Assembly (NCBI GenBank): GCA_963801815.1
Contig: CAWDGJ010000003.1
Coordinates: forward strand, 768,001-832,000
From: an uncultured Verrucomicrobiae bacterium
GTDB taxonomy: Bacteria; Verrucomicrobiota; Verrucomicrobiia; Chthoniobacterales; UBA10450
Direction: 5' to 3'
DNA length: 64,000 bases
This document shows, piece by piece, positions 22,469 to 32,841 of the stretch (positions within the stretch are counted from its first letter, which is position 1; the number at the start of each line of letters is the position of its first letter). The translations under genes were made by a program, and so were the position numbers. The notes below the pieces were generated by a model. The model worked only from the letters and a program-made list of their open reading frames with translations. It was not told the DNA's origin and ran no database searches.

Positions 22469-23539
22469 TCAACCGCCGTTACCCAACAACGTGCGCGTGG
22501 AACTGACCGCGCGCAGATAAATCTGGTGCGGGCCGCCCCGCAAAAGTTCCTGCGTCATTAAGTCGACAAAATCATTGCTTTGCGCCGGCATCATCTGCGG
22601 CACCGCCGTTTCTTTTTCGCAGCTGCGCGAAACCTCAAGAAGATCGTCACACTTCGCGGGCGCTACGCGAAATTTCACGCCCTGCGAATCTAAAATCACT
22701 TTGCCAATCGGACTGCCAGCCTTCTCGCGCAGTTCGATGTCGATCTTACGATTGTTCGAATCGAGGAATCGGCAGCTTCCATTCATCTGCTGCTGATTCG
22801 TTTTCCATTTCAACTGCGCAGCCAGCCAGCCGATTAACAGGATGGCCGTTGATTTAAAACCCGGCGCAAAATCTACGGCCACGCTATCCATTTTCGCGAA
22901 GCGATGGTGGGAAGCAGGATGGTCGAAGAATTGTGCAATCGCGTAACGAACTTTATCGAGCCTGGTCCAATTGAGATCGCACAGCACGATCCGTTGGTTT
23001 GCTTTCTGTTCCGCCGTTTCGACCAATCGCATTTGCCTGTCGAAATTCTTCCAGCTCTGGCTGTCGAAGATCAATCGATCGACCCGAGCCCACAGTTGCG
23101 GGTCCATTTCGTCGGGGAACTCGTCCTGCCACCAGAGATAAAGTGGCAAATCGGAATCGAGGTGGGAAAACACAATGCTCGGCAAAAGTTTCACGCACGG
23201 GCCTTCGAGCAAAAAGGAAATTTGCTCGGAGCACACTTGTTTGCCGCCGGCCCGCGGCACATGACAATGCGCGTTCACCCATGCTTGCATCCGGTTCTCT
23301 TTCGATTCCGGGGTTGCACCGATTACAAGCGCGCGGCAGGCATGGTTTTCAGTGATTCGCGCGATCAGTTGCGTATTCTTTTCCAGCGAGCCGGGCTTCT
23401 CGCTGTAAACAGCAAGGTTAATCAGTGACGCGCGCGTCATCGCGCCTTCACCATCCTGCCAAAGTTTTTTCAACTCGCAGGAGATTTCTTCAATCTCCAC
23501 CGGTTCGCCTAACGAATAACTTTCAGCGGTCGATGGCAT
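22469..23539 (-). CDS. opcA: G6PD assembly protein OpcA
   Basis: Directly downstream of zwf; LWQ, CSEQI, DLPLYLWW, DRLIFDS, DLNWTRL. Confidence 0.9.
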   Translation of the reverse strand: MPSTAESYSLGEPVEIEEISCELKKLWQDGEGAMTRASLINLAVYSEKPGSLEKNTQLIARITENHACRALVIGATPESKENRMQAWVNAHCHVPRAGGKQVCSEQISFLLEGPCVKLLPSIVFSHLDSDLPLYLWWQDEFPDEMDPQLWARVDRLIFDSQSWKNFDRQMRLVETAEQKANQRIVLCDLNWTRLDKVRYAIAQFFDHPASHHRFAKMDSVAVDFAPGFKSTAILLIGWLAAQLKWKTNQQQMNGSCRFLDSNNRKIDIELREKAGSPIGKVILDSQGVKFRVAPAKCDDLLEVSRSCEKETAVPQMMPAQSNDFVDLMTQELLRGGPHQIYLRAVSSTRTLLGNGG

Positions 23540-23541
23540 GC

Positions 23542-25083
23542 TTACAGTCTCCTCCAGGCGCGATGGTCGCGAGCCAGAAGTTCGTCCGCCTGTTCCGGGC
23601 CCCATGAGCCCGCGGGATAAAAGCATAATTCCGGTGCGTTCTTTTTTAACGACCACGCATTTTCAATGGGGTCGATGAAGGCCCATGCTTCCTCAACTTC
23701 GTCGCGTCGCGCGAACAGGGTCGCGTCGCCGCTCATTGCGTCGAGGAGCAAGCGTTCGTATGCCTCGGGACTCGCCTTGCCGAATGAGGTCCCGTAATGA
23801 AAATCCATTTTCACCGGCTCGATCCGAAAACTTGTGCCCGGCATCTTGGCCTGCATGCGCAGCGAAATTCCTTCGTCCGGTTGAATTCGAATCACCAGGA
23901 CGTTGGCGTCGTTGGTTTCCTTGTTGAACAAAACCATCGGCGCTTTCTTGAAATGGACGGAGATTTCCGTCGCCGATTTCGGCAGCCGTTTACCGACGCG
24001 CATGTAAATCGGCACGTCCCACCAGCGCCAATTATCAATGTTTAACTTCAGCGCGACGAACGTGTCGGTCATTGAATTCGGGTTGACCTTTTCCTCTTTG
24101 CGGTAAGGGGGAACAGGTTTTCCGTTGATCGCGCCGTCAGTGTATTGCCCGCGCACAACATTTACGCCGACTTGACCCGCTGTGAATCGCCGGAGCGAGC
24201 GAACCACTTGCACTTTTTGGTCGCGAATACTGTCGGCGCTCAAATCGCACGGGGCTTCCATCGCGACAAGACAGAGCAATTGCAGCAAATGATTTTGGAC
24301 CATGTCGCGCAACGCGCCGGCAGTCTCATAATAACCGCCGCGGCTTTCGACGCCGAGCGTTTCCGCCGCAGTGATTTGAACGTGGTCGATGTAACGCGTG
24401 TTCCAAAGCGGTTCGAAGATCGCGTTGGCGAAGCGCAACACCAAAATGTTTTGCGCGGTTTCCTTTCCCAGAAAATGGTCGATCCGATAGGTTTGATCTT
24501 CGCTAAACGAATTACTAACCACACGATTTAGTTCGCGGGCCGACGCGAGATCCCTTCCAAACGGTTTTTCGATGATGACGCGCGCCCAGCTTCCTTCGCG
24601 TGCCTTACTCAGACCAACGGCCTTGAGATGTTGCAGGATCGGCTCGAATTCTTCCGGGCCAACTGCGAAATAAAACAGCCGGTTACCGCGCGTGCCGCGT
24701 TCCTTGTCGATCGCGTCCAGCCGTTCCGCCAAACTTTTGAAACCGGACTCGTCGGCAAAATCACTTTGATGATAAAAAATCGACTGCGCGAAGTTCTGCC
24801 AAATCTCATCGCGGACCGCCTGACGAGAGAATTGTTTGACCGCCTGTTCCATTTCCTTGCGAAAATCGTCATCGGTCTTCGGACGACGTGCGAAACCGAT
24901 GACTGTGACGGCTGGCGGCAGTTCACCGTCTGCAGCCAAATTGTAGAGCGCTGGAAGCAGCTTTCGATGAGTGAGATCGCCGGTTGCACCGAAGATCACG
25001 ACGCTGCAGGGCTGAGGCACCGCGCGGGTCGATAAACCTTCGCGCAAGGGGTTGGTTTGTGATTCCTCGGCCACTCGATTCAT
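23542..25083 (-). CDS. zwf: Glucose-6-phosphate 1-dehydrogenase
   Basis: GATGDL, EKPFG, RIDHFLGKE, DMVQNH, AYERLL. Confidence 0.98.
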   Translation of the reverse strand: MNRVAEESQTNPLREGLSTRAVPQPCSVVIFGATGDLTHRKLLPALYNLAADGELPPAVTVIGFARRPKTDDDFRKEMEQAVKQFSRQAVRDEIWQNFAQSIFYHQSDFADESGFKSLAERLDAIDKERGTRGNRLFYFAVGPEEFEPILQHLKAVGLSKAREGSWARVIIEKPFGRDLASARELNRVVSNSFSEDQTYRIDHFLGKETAQNILVLRFANAIFEPLWNTRYIDHVQITAAETLGVESRGGYYETAGALRDMVQNHLLQLLCLVAMEAPCDLSADSIRDQKVQVVRSLRRFTAGQVGVNVVRGQYTDGAINGKPVPPYRKEEKVNPNSMTDTFVALKLNIDNWRWWDVPIYMRVGKRLPKSATEISVHFKKAPMVLFNKETNDANVLVIRIQPDEGISLRMQAKMPGTSFRIEPVKMDFHYGTSFGKASPEAYERLLLDAMSGDATLFARRDEVEEAWAFIDPIENAWSLKKNAPELCFYPAGSWGPEQADELLARDHRAWRRL

Positions 25084-25092
25084 CGGATAAAT

Positions 25093-25203
25093 TGTAGCGG
25101 CGCTCTGTGAGCGCCGAAACTAAATCTTTTTCTTGTGGCGGCGAAGGCCAGTGCCGCTCGCACCGTCTCGCCTGCATCGCGTTGTCGCAGACCGCCGGCT
25201 ACA
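25093..25203. repeat. Inverted pair of GTAG-type REP-like hairpins (REPIN/BIME-like)
   Basis: tGTAG-cggcgctc-tgt-gagcgccg ... gaccgccggCTACa; same family as 31476-31566. Confidence 0.7.
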
Positions 25204-25205
25204 AT

Positions 25206-27011
25206 TTATGATGCCAACGGAAAACGCCGGGTCATGTCGCGCACTTTTTCGCGGACGCGCGTGAGAGCGGATTCGTCGGCGCGGTTTTGCAGAGCTTCGG
25301 CGATGAGATCGGCGATCTCGAGCATGTCTTCTTCTTTCATGCCGCGCGTGGTGACGGCCGGTGTCCCAATGCGAATGCCGCCCGGTTTGAAAGGCGAACT
25401 GGTGTCGAACGGGATCGCGTTCTTGTTCACGGTGATGCCGGCGCGATCGAGTGTTTCCTGGGCGTCTTTGCCGTTCAGGTCTTTCGGGCGAAGATCGACA
25501 AGCATGAGGTGATTGTCGGTGCCGCCGGACACAATTCGGAAACCATGTTTGGCCAAACCGGCGGCCAGCGCTTTCGCGTTCGTCACAACCTGCCGTTGGT
25601 ACTCGCGGAACCCCGGCTGCAGTGCTTCATGAAAACAAACCGCCTTTGCCGCAATAATGTGCATGAGCGGTCCGCCCTGGACTCCGGGGAAAACGGTCGC
25701 GTCGATTTGCTTTGCGAATTCTTTGGTGCACAAAACAATTCCTCCGCGCGGGCCGCGCAAACTCTTGTGGGTGGTAGTGGTGACAAATTGGGCATGCGGA
25801 ACCGGACTCGGATGCTGACCGCCTGCGACGAGGCCGGAAATGTGCGCCATGTCGACAAAGAGAAGCGCGCCGACCGAGTCCGCGATTTTTCGCAACCGCG
25901 GGAAATCGATGATTCGCGGGTAAGCGGAAGCGCCGGCAGTGATCATTGCCGGTCGAACTTCTTCCGCCTGTTTTTGAAGGGCGTCGTAATCAATCTGCTC
26001 TGTTTTCTCGCTCACGCCGTACTGCGACACGTTATAAAACTTTCCGGAGAAATTCGCAGGATGACCGTGAGTGAGATGGCCGCCATGCGCGAGGTTCATT
26101 GCCAAAATCTTGTCGCCCGGTTTCAAGACCGAAAAATAAACGGCCATGTTCGCTTGCGCACCGCTGTGCGGCTGAACGTTCGCGTGCTCTGCGCCGAACA
26201 ATCGCAGCGCACGATCGATGGCGAGCTGTTCAGCGGTGTCGACGTTCTCACAGCCGCCGTACCAGCGTTTCTTTGGATAACCCTCGGCATACTTGTTCGT
26301 CAGACAGGAGCCCTGCGCTTCCATTACCGCGCGGCTCGTGAAATTTTCGGACGCGATGAGCTCGATGTTTTCGCGCTGGCGTTTTTCTTCGGCGCGAATT
26401 GCATCGTAAATTTCCGGGTCGACTTTGCGCAGCGCTTCCAGTGAGCTACCGCCGTACGATGCCGATCCGGCGCTGACTTGAGTTGGCCGTGAAATGTCAC
26501 TCATTGAGTACGAAGATATTCCGCGATTTCGCGTCGCACCAGGAGGAACGAGTTCACCTTGTTCGACAAAGCCAAGCACGCTCGGCAACGCGTTTTTGAT
26601 CGTACGCGCACATTCCTCGTAAACCTCCCGGCCCATTCCGATGGGGTCCGGAACGTCGCGCCAGCAAGTCGAACCGGGTTCTTCGAACTCGCGAAGCAAA
26701 AAAGTTTTCTCGGCGCCCTGAGGAAAAAGCATGTGGATCGTCTCGAGATGCGCGCCGGTCATCGCGAAAATATGGGTCGCGCGCTCGACCAGATCGTGGG
26801 TCAACGGCTGGCTGCGGAGGTCGCTGATGTTTACGCCGTCGGATTCGCAAACCTGGACTGCATAAAGGCTGGGCGGTTGACCGCGCACGGCATGAACTCC
26901 GGCCGAATCGACTTCGATGTCTTTGCGGTTGCCGATCAACTGACGAAACAACCCCTCTGCTATCGGACTACGACAAATATTGCCGGTGCAAACAAAGAGG
27001 ACGCTTTTCAC
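25206..27011 (-). CDS. glyA: Serine hydroxymethyltransferase with an N-terminal LMW protein phosphatase domain (fusion)
   Basis: GTG 27011 [18 protein letters not shown]...DVPDP; in-frame linker; [35 protein letters not shown]. Confidence 0.93.
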   Translation of the reverse strand: MKSVLFVCTGNICRSPIAEGLFRQLIGNRKDIEVDSAGVHAVRGQPPSLYAVQVCESDGVNISDLRSQPLTHDLVERATHIFAMTGAHLETIHMLFPQGAEKTFLLREFEEPGSTCWRDVPDPIGMGREVYEECARTIKNALPSVLGFVEQGELVPPGATRNRGISSYSMSDISRPTQVSAGSASYGGSSLEALRKVDPEIYDAIRAEEKRQRENIELIASENFTSRAVMEAQGSCLTNKYAEGYPKKRWYGGCENVDTAEQLAIDRALRLFGAEHANVQPHSGAQANMAVYFSVLKPGDKILAMNLAHGGHLTHGHPANFSGKFYNVSQYGVSEKTEQIDYDALQKQAEEVRPAMITAGASAYPRIIDFPRLRKIADSVGALLFVDMAHISGLVAGGQHPSPVPHAQFVTTTTHKSLRGPRGGIVLCTKEFAKQIDATVFPGVQGGPLMHIIAAKAVCFHEALQPGFREYQRQVVTNAKALAAGLAKHGFRIVSGGTDNHLMLVDLRPKDLNGKDAQETLDRAGITVNKNAIPFDTSSPFKPGGIRIGTPAVTTRGMKEEDMLEIADLIAEALQNRADESALTRVREKVRDMTRRFPLAS

Positions 27012-27137
27012 GATTCGCGTCGCGCTTGCGAACGCGGAAACAAGGTATGTTTGAACGCGAACAAGGTCAATCAAGCCGCTGGGGCAGTGCGTGTTTGCAG
27101 CTTGCTACCACGGGCTATCTTTCGCTAACTGTTGGCC

Positions 27138-27458
27138 ATGGACCTGAGCCCGCAGGAGCAATCCGTCGTCCGGCGGTTTGACGCGAAGCGAAACGGCGTC
27201 AGCGCTTTACTGCGCTCCTCGATTTACTGCACAGCGCTGGCGGCGCTTTTTCTTTACCTCGCCCTTTCTCGTAACGAGCCGCTTTATTCCCTTGGGATTT
27301 TCGGAATGTTTGTTCTCTATCTTGCCATTCGCGTTTACAGTGCGCGCCGCATCGCGGGAATCATGCCGCGTATTTTGCAGCAATACGAAATTCGCATCAG
27401 CGAGTTGGAAACTCGATTGCGTAAGATCGAGGGCGACCAGGAAGGGCCAAGATCTTAG
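27138..27458 (+). CDS. Small hypothetical 2-TM protein with coiled-coil tail
   Basis: Two hydrophobic segments then a charged helix; fills the gap before lpxL. Confidence 0.6.
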   Translation: MDLSPQEQSVVRRFDAKRNGVSALLRSSIYCTALAALFLYLALSRNEPLYSLGIFGMFVLYLAIRVYSARRIAGIMPRILQQYEIRISELETRLRKIEGDQEGPRS

Positions 27459-27503
27459 GTCGCCCGGTGGCGAGCGGCGCATGACGCGCTAGAATGCGGC
27501 CGA

Positions 27504-28493
27504 ATGCGCTCCGTTTGGAAAAGAATCCGATACCGTCTTGAATGGGCCGGCCTGCTGATCGCGACCAAGTTCGTTCCGTTGTTGTCGCGCCAAGCTTGTT
27601 ATCGGCTGGCGCTTGCGCTGGGCGGGCTGATGTCGATCCTGGATCGGCACGGCCGCGAAGTTGCGATCAGTAATCTCGAGGTCGCGTTCGGGGACCGCTT
27701 CACGCCGCGAGAGCGCGAACGAATCGCGCGCGAATCGTTTCAACATTTCGCGCGCACAATGCTCGATTTGTTGTGGAGCCCGCGATTAACTCGCGAGAAT
27801 TTTCCGGTCTACATCGAGTTCGAAAACCTGGAAGAAATCGATCGCGCGAGCGGACCTGAGCGCAGCTTCATCAATGCATGTTATCACTATAGCAATTTCG
27901 AATGGTTCAGTCTGGCAAGTGGATATTCGGGATTGGGCGGCACGATCATTTCCCAGGAGTTCCGAAATTCATTGCTTGATCCAATCTTCAGAAAATTGCG
28001 CGAGCAATCGGGCCACGAATTGATCCCGCGACAAGGCGGAATCGTCCGTCTTTACAAAAGGCTGCGGCGAAAAGGCCGCACGGCGTTGCTGGTTGATCTT
28101 ACTTTGCATCCCAAAATGCCGTCGGTGGTGATCGATTGTTTCGGTTTGAAAACGAACGTGACTTCGGCGCAGGCCTGGCTAAACGAACAAACCGGCGCGC
28201 CGATCATTCCGGCGCACACCGAGCCGCTGCCGAACGGGCGCTATCGGGTAGTGTTTCATCCGAAAATTGAGACGGCCGGTCGAAATTATCAGCAGATTGC
28301 GCAGGCGTGCTGGGATTCGTTCGAGCCGTATGTGCGCAAGAGTCCGGCGCCGTGGCTTTGGATGTATAAACATTGGCGGTACAAGCCGGCGAACGCGACC
28401 AGGCCCTATCCATTTTACGCGCGGCCGCATCGTCGGTTCGATAAGCGAATCGCCGGCGTCGCCGAAAACAAGCCGAAGTCGATGAAGATGTAG
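27504..28493 (+). CDS. Lipid A late acyltransferase family (LpxL/HtrB-like)
   Basis: NLEVAF, HYSNFE (Hx4E), WLWMYKHWR. Confidence 0.85.
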   Translation: MRSVWKRIRYRLEWAGLLIATKFVPLLSRQACYRLALALGGLMSILDRHGREVAISNLEVAFGDRFTPRERERIARESFQHFARTMLDLLWSPRLTRENFPVYIEFENLEEIDRASGPERSFINACYHYSNFEWFSLASGYSGLGGTIISQEFRNSLLDPIFRKLREQSGHELIPRQGGIVRLYKRLRRKGRTALLVDLTLHPKMPSVVIDCFGLKTNVTSAQAWLNEQTGAPIIPAHTEPLPNGRYRVVFHPKIETAGRNYQQIAQACWDSFEPYVRKSPAPWLWMYKHWRYKPANATRPYPFYARPHRRFDKRIAGVAENKPKSMKM

Positions 28494-28530
28494 CGTTGAC
28501 AAAAGTCCGCACTCCTTTTCAAGTACCGCC

Positions 28531-29154
28531 ATGCGAATCGTTTCCCGTTTAGCGTTGGCCGCTGCTGTTCCAGTCGTGTTGTCGTTTGTCACTGGTTGCC
28601 AAACCGGAGGAGGTGGCACCGCCTATCGAGGTGGACGTGCTTATCACGTTGTTGCCTATAAACCACACGACCAATCAATGGTGCAGGTGAAGCTCTCGAA
28701 AAGCACGCAGACCGTATACGTGATGGAAGGTGATCGATTGCTCATGGCCGCACAGGCAAACGTTGGCCGTGGCGGCGCGGAAACGCCTTCAGGCAACTTC
28801 TCGATTATCAATAAGGACAAAACCAAACGCCGCGTCAGCGAACCGGATGCCGGTTACCCGATGGCCTATTGGTGTGAATTCGCGCCCGCCTACGGTTTTC
28901 ATGAAGGCTTTGTCTGGTCGACGCCAAGGACCCACGGTTGTGTTCGGCTGCATCGCGAGGCAGCTGCCCGTCTTTACGCGCTCGTGCGAATCGGAACGCC
29001 AGTCCACATCGCGCAGTCTTTTCCCGAAGATGCCAAATACGCGAAGGACGTAATGCGGATCGATCAAAGCGGCGATCCCAACCCACCGCGCTCGTTGCTA
29101 ATGTCTTCGGAGTGGTTCAAGGACCCGCCGGGTCCGCTGCTGGTTAACCAATAA
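28531..29154 (+). CDS. L,D-transpeptidase lipoprotein
   Basis: VTGC lipobox, TPSG.F, GFHEG...THGCVRL...GTPV. Confidence 0.9.
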   Translation: MRIVSRLALAAAVPVVLSFVTGCQTGGGGTAYRGGRAYHVVAYKPHDQSMVQVKLSKSTQTVYVMEGDRLLMAAQANVGRGGAETPSGNFSIINKDKTKRRVSEPDAGYPMAYWCEFAPAYGFHEGFVWSTPRTHGCVRLHREAAARLYALVRIGTPVHIAQSFPEDAKYAKDVMRIDQSGDPNPPRSLLMSSEWFKDPPGPLLVNQ

Positions 29155-29220
29155 AGCTCGCCAAACGAGCTTTGATAGACGGCTGAAACTCGGCTGCGAC
29201 GTGCTAGAGTTTGCGGAGGC

Positions 29221-30459
29221 ATGAGCACGAACCTGATATCCAGCGGGACGACGGCGCGCGAGAAGGTCAACTTGCGGACGCCGGACGTGATGGCAGCCGT
29301 CCAGGAACAGGTCGAGGCGCATTATCGCAGTGACATCGTCGATAAGGTCCGCCGCCAGGGCGGAGTAATCAAAGTCGGCGACACCACCGTGCGGCTGGCG
29401 AAACAATTCGGTTTTTGCTATGGCGTCGAACGTGCGATTGATCTCGCTTACGCCGCGCGCAAAGTTTTTAAGGACCGCCGGCTCTTCATCGTCGGCGAGA
29501 TCATTCACAATCCCGAGGTCAATCACCAGATCGCGTCGCTCGGCATTAAAAATCTCACCGGGCGCAACAAGCAGGCAGAAATTTCCGATCTTCAAACTGA
29601 CGACATCGTGATCGTTCCAGCCTTCGGCACGGAGTTGGCGATTTTGCAGCAAATCAAGGAGCGCGGTTGCCAGATTGTGGACACCACGTGCGGCGACGTA
29701 ATGAGTGTTTGGAAGCGCGTGCGCAAGTATGCCAGCGAATCAGTGACGTCTATTATTCACGGGAAAGCCGAGCACGAGGAAACGAAGGCGACGAGCTCAC
29801 GCGCGCTTGGCGATGGGACCGGACACTATTTGGTCGTTCTTACTCTGGCTGAAACCGACTATGTTTGCGATTACATTCGTCACGGCGGCGACAAGAACGC
29901 GTTTCTCGAGAAGTTTAAAGGCGCGTATTCACCCGGCTTCGATCCGGATGTGCATTTGAAAACTGTCGGTGTCGCGAATCAAACCACGATGTTACGTGGC
30001 GAAACGGAGGAAGTGCAGCGCCGCGTTCGGAAGGCGATCATTGACCGGGATGGTCCGGATGAAGCGGCGAAGAATTTTCGTTTCTTCGACACGATTTGCG
30101 GCGCGACCCAGGAACGTCAGGACGCGTTGCGCGAATTGCTGGACGTGAAGATGGATTTGCTTCTGGTGGTTGGCGGTTACAACAGCTCGAACACGTCGCA
30201 TCTCGCGGAGATGGGCGAAGAGAAATTGCCGACTTACTTTGTGCTTAACGCTTCGCGACTGGTGTCGCGGACGGAGATCAAGCATTACAATCTCCATGAG
30301 AAACGCGAAGTCGTTTCGCATTTCTGGCTTCCGACTGGTCCCGCAGTTGTTGGGATCACCGCCGGCGCGTCGTGCCCGAATAATTTAATCGAAGAAACTC
30401 TGATTCGCCTTTTCGAATTGCGCGGGATTCCGCGCCAGCAACTCGAACTCGCGGCGTAG
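29221..30459 (+). CDS. ispH: 4-hydroxy-3-methylbut-2-enyl diphosphate reductase
   Basis: GFCYGVERA, IIHNP, DTTC, NQTT, DTICGATQERQ, SSNT, TAGASCP. Confidence 0.97.
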   Translation: MSTNLISSGTTAREKVNLRTPDVMAAVQEQVEAHYRSDIVDKVRRQGGVIKVGDTTVRLAKQFGFCYGVERAIDLAYAARKVFKDRRLFIVGEIIHNPEVNHQIASLGIKNLTGRNKQAEISDLQTDDIVIVPAFGTELAILQQIKERGCQIVDTTCGDVMSVWKRVRKYASESVTSIIHGKAEHEETKATSSRALGDGTGHYLVVLTLAETDYVCDYIRHGGDKNAFLEKFKGAYSPGFDPDVHLKTVGVANQTTMLRGETEEVQRRVRKAIIDRDGPDEAAKNFRFFDTICGATQERQDALRELLDVKMDLLLVVGGYNSSNTSHLAEMGEEKLPTYFVLNASRLVSRTEIKHYNLHEKREVVSHFWLPTGPAVVGITAGASCPNNLIEETLIRLFELRGIPRQQLELAA

Positions 30460-30472
30460 GTCCGACCTCGCT

Positions 30473-30590
30473 TCATTAGCACCGCGGCTTTAGCGCGGTG
30501 TAGCCGCCCTCACGGCCGGAGAAACCGTTTAAACGGTTTTTCACGAGACGTCGCTGGTCAGTCGCCTTACTGAAGTAAGGTGTTAATGAG
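30473..30590. repeat. Miniature inverted-repeat element with a central 18-bp perfect palindrome
   Basis: Termini tcattagcacc...ggtgttaatga; sub-terminal hairpins caccgcg/cgcggtg and ccttac/gtaagg; aaaccgtttaaacggttt at 30522-30539. Confidence 0.75.
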
Positions 30591-30634
30591 ATCTGCACGC
30601 AAACCGCCCGCGCCATGCGAAATATTTGTGAGTT

Positions 30635-31471
30635 ATGGCACGGGCAATTTGGAAGGGCAGCATCAGTTTCGGTTTGGTTAATATTCCGATCGGGCTTTAT
30701 CCGGCGACTCGGAAAGAGGAACTCAGGTTTCGATTGCTTAGAAAAAGCGATCTGAGTCCGGTGAACTATAAGCGGGTTGCGGAAAAGGACGGCAAAGAAG
30801 TTCCGTGGGACGAGATCGTGAAAGGTTACGAGTACGAAAAAGGAAAATACGTCGTGCTCAGGGACGAAGATTTTCAACGAGTCGATATCGAGGCGACCCA
30901 GACTGTGGACATCCACGACTTTGTCGATCTGGAAGAGATCGATCCGATCTACTTCTACAAGCCGTACTATTTAGAGCCGCAAAAAGGCGGAGATAAGGCT
31001 TATGCGCTTCTGCGGGATTCTTTGGAGCAAAAGAAGAAGATTGGAGTGGCCAAGGTTGTCATCAAGACGCGTGAATATCTCGCCGGCGTAAAGCCGGAGG
31101 ACGGCGTGCTCGTGCTCGAGTTAATGCATTTCGCGGACGAGCTGGCCGACAGCGGAAAACTTCACATTCCGAAGAAAGTCGAAGTCGGGAGACGCGAAAT
31201 GAAGATGGCAACGGCGCTGATCGACAGCATGAGCACGAAATGGAATCCGGAGAAGTACAAGGACGATTATCGCGAAGCCCTAATGGAAGTGATCGAAAAG
31301 AAAGTCGAAGCTGGCGGAAAAGAAATCGAAAAGAGACCGAAAAAGGCGCCGAAGCCGACGAAAGTCATCGATCTCGTTAAAGTCTTGCAGCGAAGTCTCG
31401 AGCAAACCGGCCCGAAGAAGAAAACGGCCCGTGAGAGCAAACATTCGCAGCGTCATAAAAAAGCGGCGTAA
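30635..31471 (+). CDS. ku: NHEJ DNA end-binding protein Ku
   Basis: RAIWKGSISFGLVNIPI, IVKGYEY, PYYLEP, YKDDYRE, KVIDL. Confidence 0.97.
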   Translation: MARAIWKGSISFGLVNIPIGLYPATRKEELRFRLLRKSDLSPVNYKRVAEKDGKEVPWDEIVKGYEYEKGKYVVLRDEDFQRVDIEATQTVDIHDFVDLEEIDPIYFYKPYYLEPQKGGDKAYALLRDSLEQKKKIGVAKVVIKTREYLAGVKPEDGVLVLELMHFADELADSGKLHIPKKVEVGRREMKMATALIDSMSTKWNPEKYKDDYREALMEVIEKKVEAGGKEIEKRPKKAPKPTKVIDLVKVLQRSLEQTGPKKKTARESKHSQRHKKAA

Positions 31472-31475
31472 TTGT

Positions 31476-31566
31476 TGTAGCGGCGGTCTACTTGTCGCGC
31501 CGTAGCTTTAGCGAAGGTGGATGACCGCCGTTTTTGTTGAACTCGGCGCTCATGAAGCGCCGCTCG
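31476..31566. repeat. GTAG REP-like pair with a second palindrome nested in the first loop
   Basis: GTAG-cggcggtc-ta[cttgtcgcgccgtagctttagcgaaggtgga]t-gaccgccg ... cggcgct-catga-agcgccg. Confidence 0.75.
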
Positions 31567-31608
31567 ACTCTTGACACACAAGATCGAGATCGTGCAGCTT
31601 GAGCGGCG

Positions 31609-32025
31609 ATGAACTCGCTCAATCGATTTGCAGATCCGGTTTTTTGCATCACGAGACTGATTGTCGGTTTGATGTTCGCCGCGCACGGCGGTCAAAAGGT
31701 TCTCGGTTTCCCGCCTGGTGGAGGGGGAGCGACAGGTATTTTCCTAGTTGGAGGTTGGATTGAATTGACTTGCGGATTGTTGGTGGCTTTTGGCTTCCTA
31801 ACGCGGATTGGGGCGTTTGTGGCAGCGGGGGAAATGGCCGTCGCGTATTTCTGGATTCATTTTTCGCACAGCTTTTTCGCGGCTAAAGGAGCTCCGATTA
31901 ATGGCGAATCGGCTGTATTCTATTGCTGGTTCTTTTTCTTCGCGATCTTTTACGGCGCCGGTCGCTGGAGCATCGACGCCATGATCGGAAAGGGAAAAAC
32001 TGCGGCCGCCACGTCTACGGCCTAA
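31609..32025 (+). CDS. DoxX family membrane protein
   Basis: RLIVGLMFAAHGGQK, IEL..G.L, GEMAVAY, GAGRWSID. Confidence 0.92.
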   Translation: MNSLNRFADPVFCITRLIVGLMFAAHGGQKVLGFPPGGGGATGIFLVGGWIELTCGLLVAFGFLTRIGAFVAAGEMAVAYFWIHFSHSFFAAKGAPINGESAVFYCWFFFFAIFYGAGRWSIDAMIGKGKTAAATSTA

Positions 32026-32049
32026 CGAATTATGAGGTCTGCGTTTGGA

Positions 32050-32841
32050 ATGAGGCGTCGCATCGTTGCGGTTGCGGTCGTCGCACTGGCCGCATCGGTT
32101 GGCGCGGAAGAGATCAAGGATTTCGGTCGCGATCGGCTAAACAGTTCGCCGCGACATGCGGACTGGGTCGATATCAAATCGGGCGACCGGACAATCAAAG
32201 CGTTCGTCGTTTATCCCGAGTCGAAAAACAAAACGCCGGTAGTGCTCGTGGTCAGCGAAATCTTTGGCCTAACCGATTGGGTGCGCAGTTTATGCGACGA
32301 GCTCGCCGAGAACGGCGTCATCGCGATCGCGCCTGATTTGCACGGCGGCCAGAAGTTTGAAGATCTTGATGGCGCGCGCAAAGCCACCTCGGCGTTGCCG
32401 AAAGAACAGGTGCAACGCGATCTCGACGCGACGGCAGATTACGCGCTTGCAAAAATTCCCGCCTCCAACGGGACGCTGGCAGTGTGCGGATTCTGCTGGG
32501 GCGGAGGATGGGCGTTCAGTTACGCGCACATGAATCCGAAACTGAAGGCAGCGTATTCATTTTACGGCGTCGCGGTCGATAACGCCGACGACGCAAAGAA
32601 TGTTGCCTGTCCTGTTTACGGATTCTACGCCGAGAACGACGAGCGGGTGGATGCGACAATCCCGAAAGGCGAAGAGTTAATGAAAACCGCCGGCAAGAAA
32701 TACGAGCCGGTAATTTACAACGGCGCCGGCCACGGATTCATGCGTTCGGGCGAACCGAACAATCCCGCCAAGCGTGACGGCGATGTCAAAGCCCGCGACG
32801 AAGCCTGGGCGCGATGGAAGATGCTGCTGAAGCAGCTGTAG
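32050..32841 (+). CDS. Exported dienelactone hydrolase family protein
   Basis: Signal peptide, EIFGL, APDL, GFCWGG, GAGHGF. Confidence 0.92.
   Translation: MRRRIVAVAVVALAASVGAEEIKDFGRDRLNSSPRHADWVDIKSGDRTIKAFVVYPESKNKTPVVLVVSEIFGLTDWVRSLCDELAENGVIAIAPDLHGGQKFEDLDGARKATSALPKEQVQRDLDATADYALAKIPASNGTLAVCGFCWGGGWAFSYAHMNPKLKAAYSFYGVAVDNADDAKNVACPVYGFYAENDERVDATIPKGEELMKTAGKKYEPVIYNGAGHGFMRSGEPNNPAKRDGDVKARDEAWARWKMLLKQL

Noticed and set aside
30635..31471. Ku without adjacent ligD as a novel system
   Set aside because: ku and ligD are often unlinked; this cannot be judged from one window
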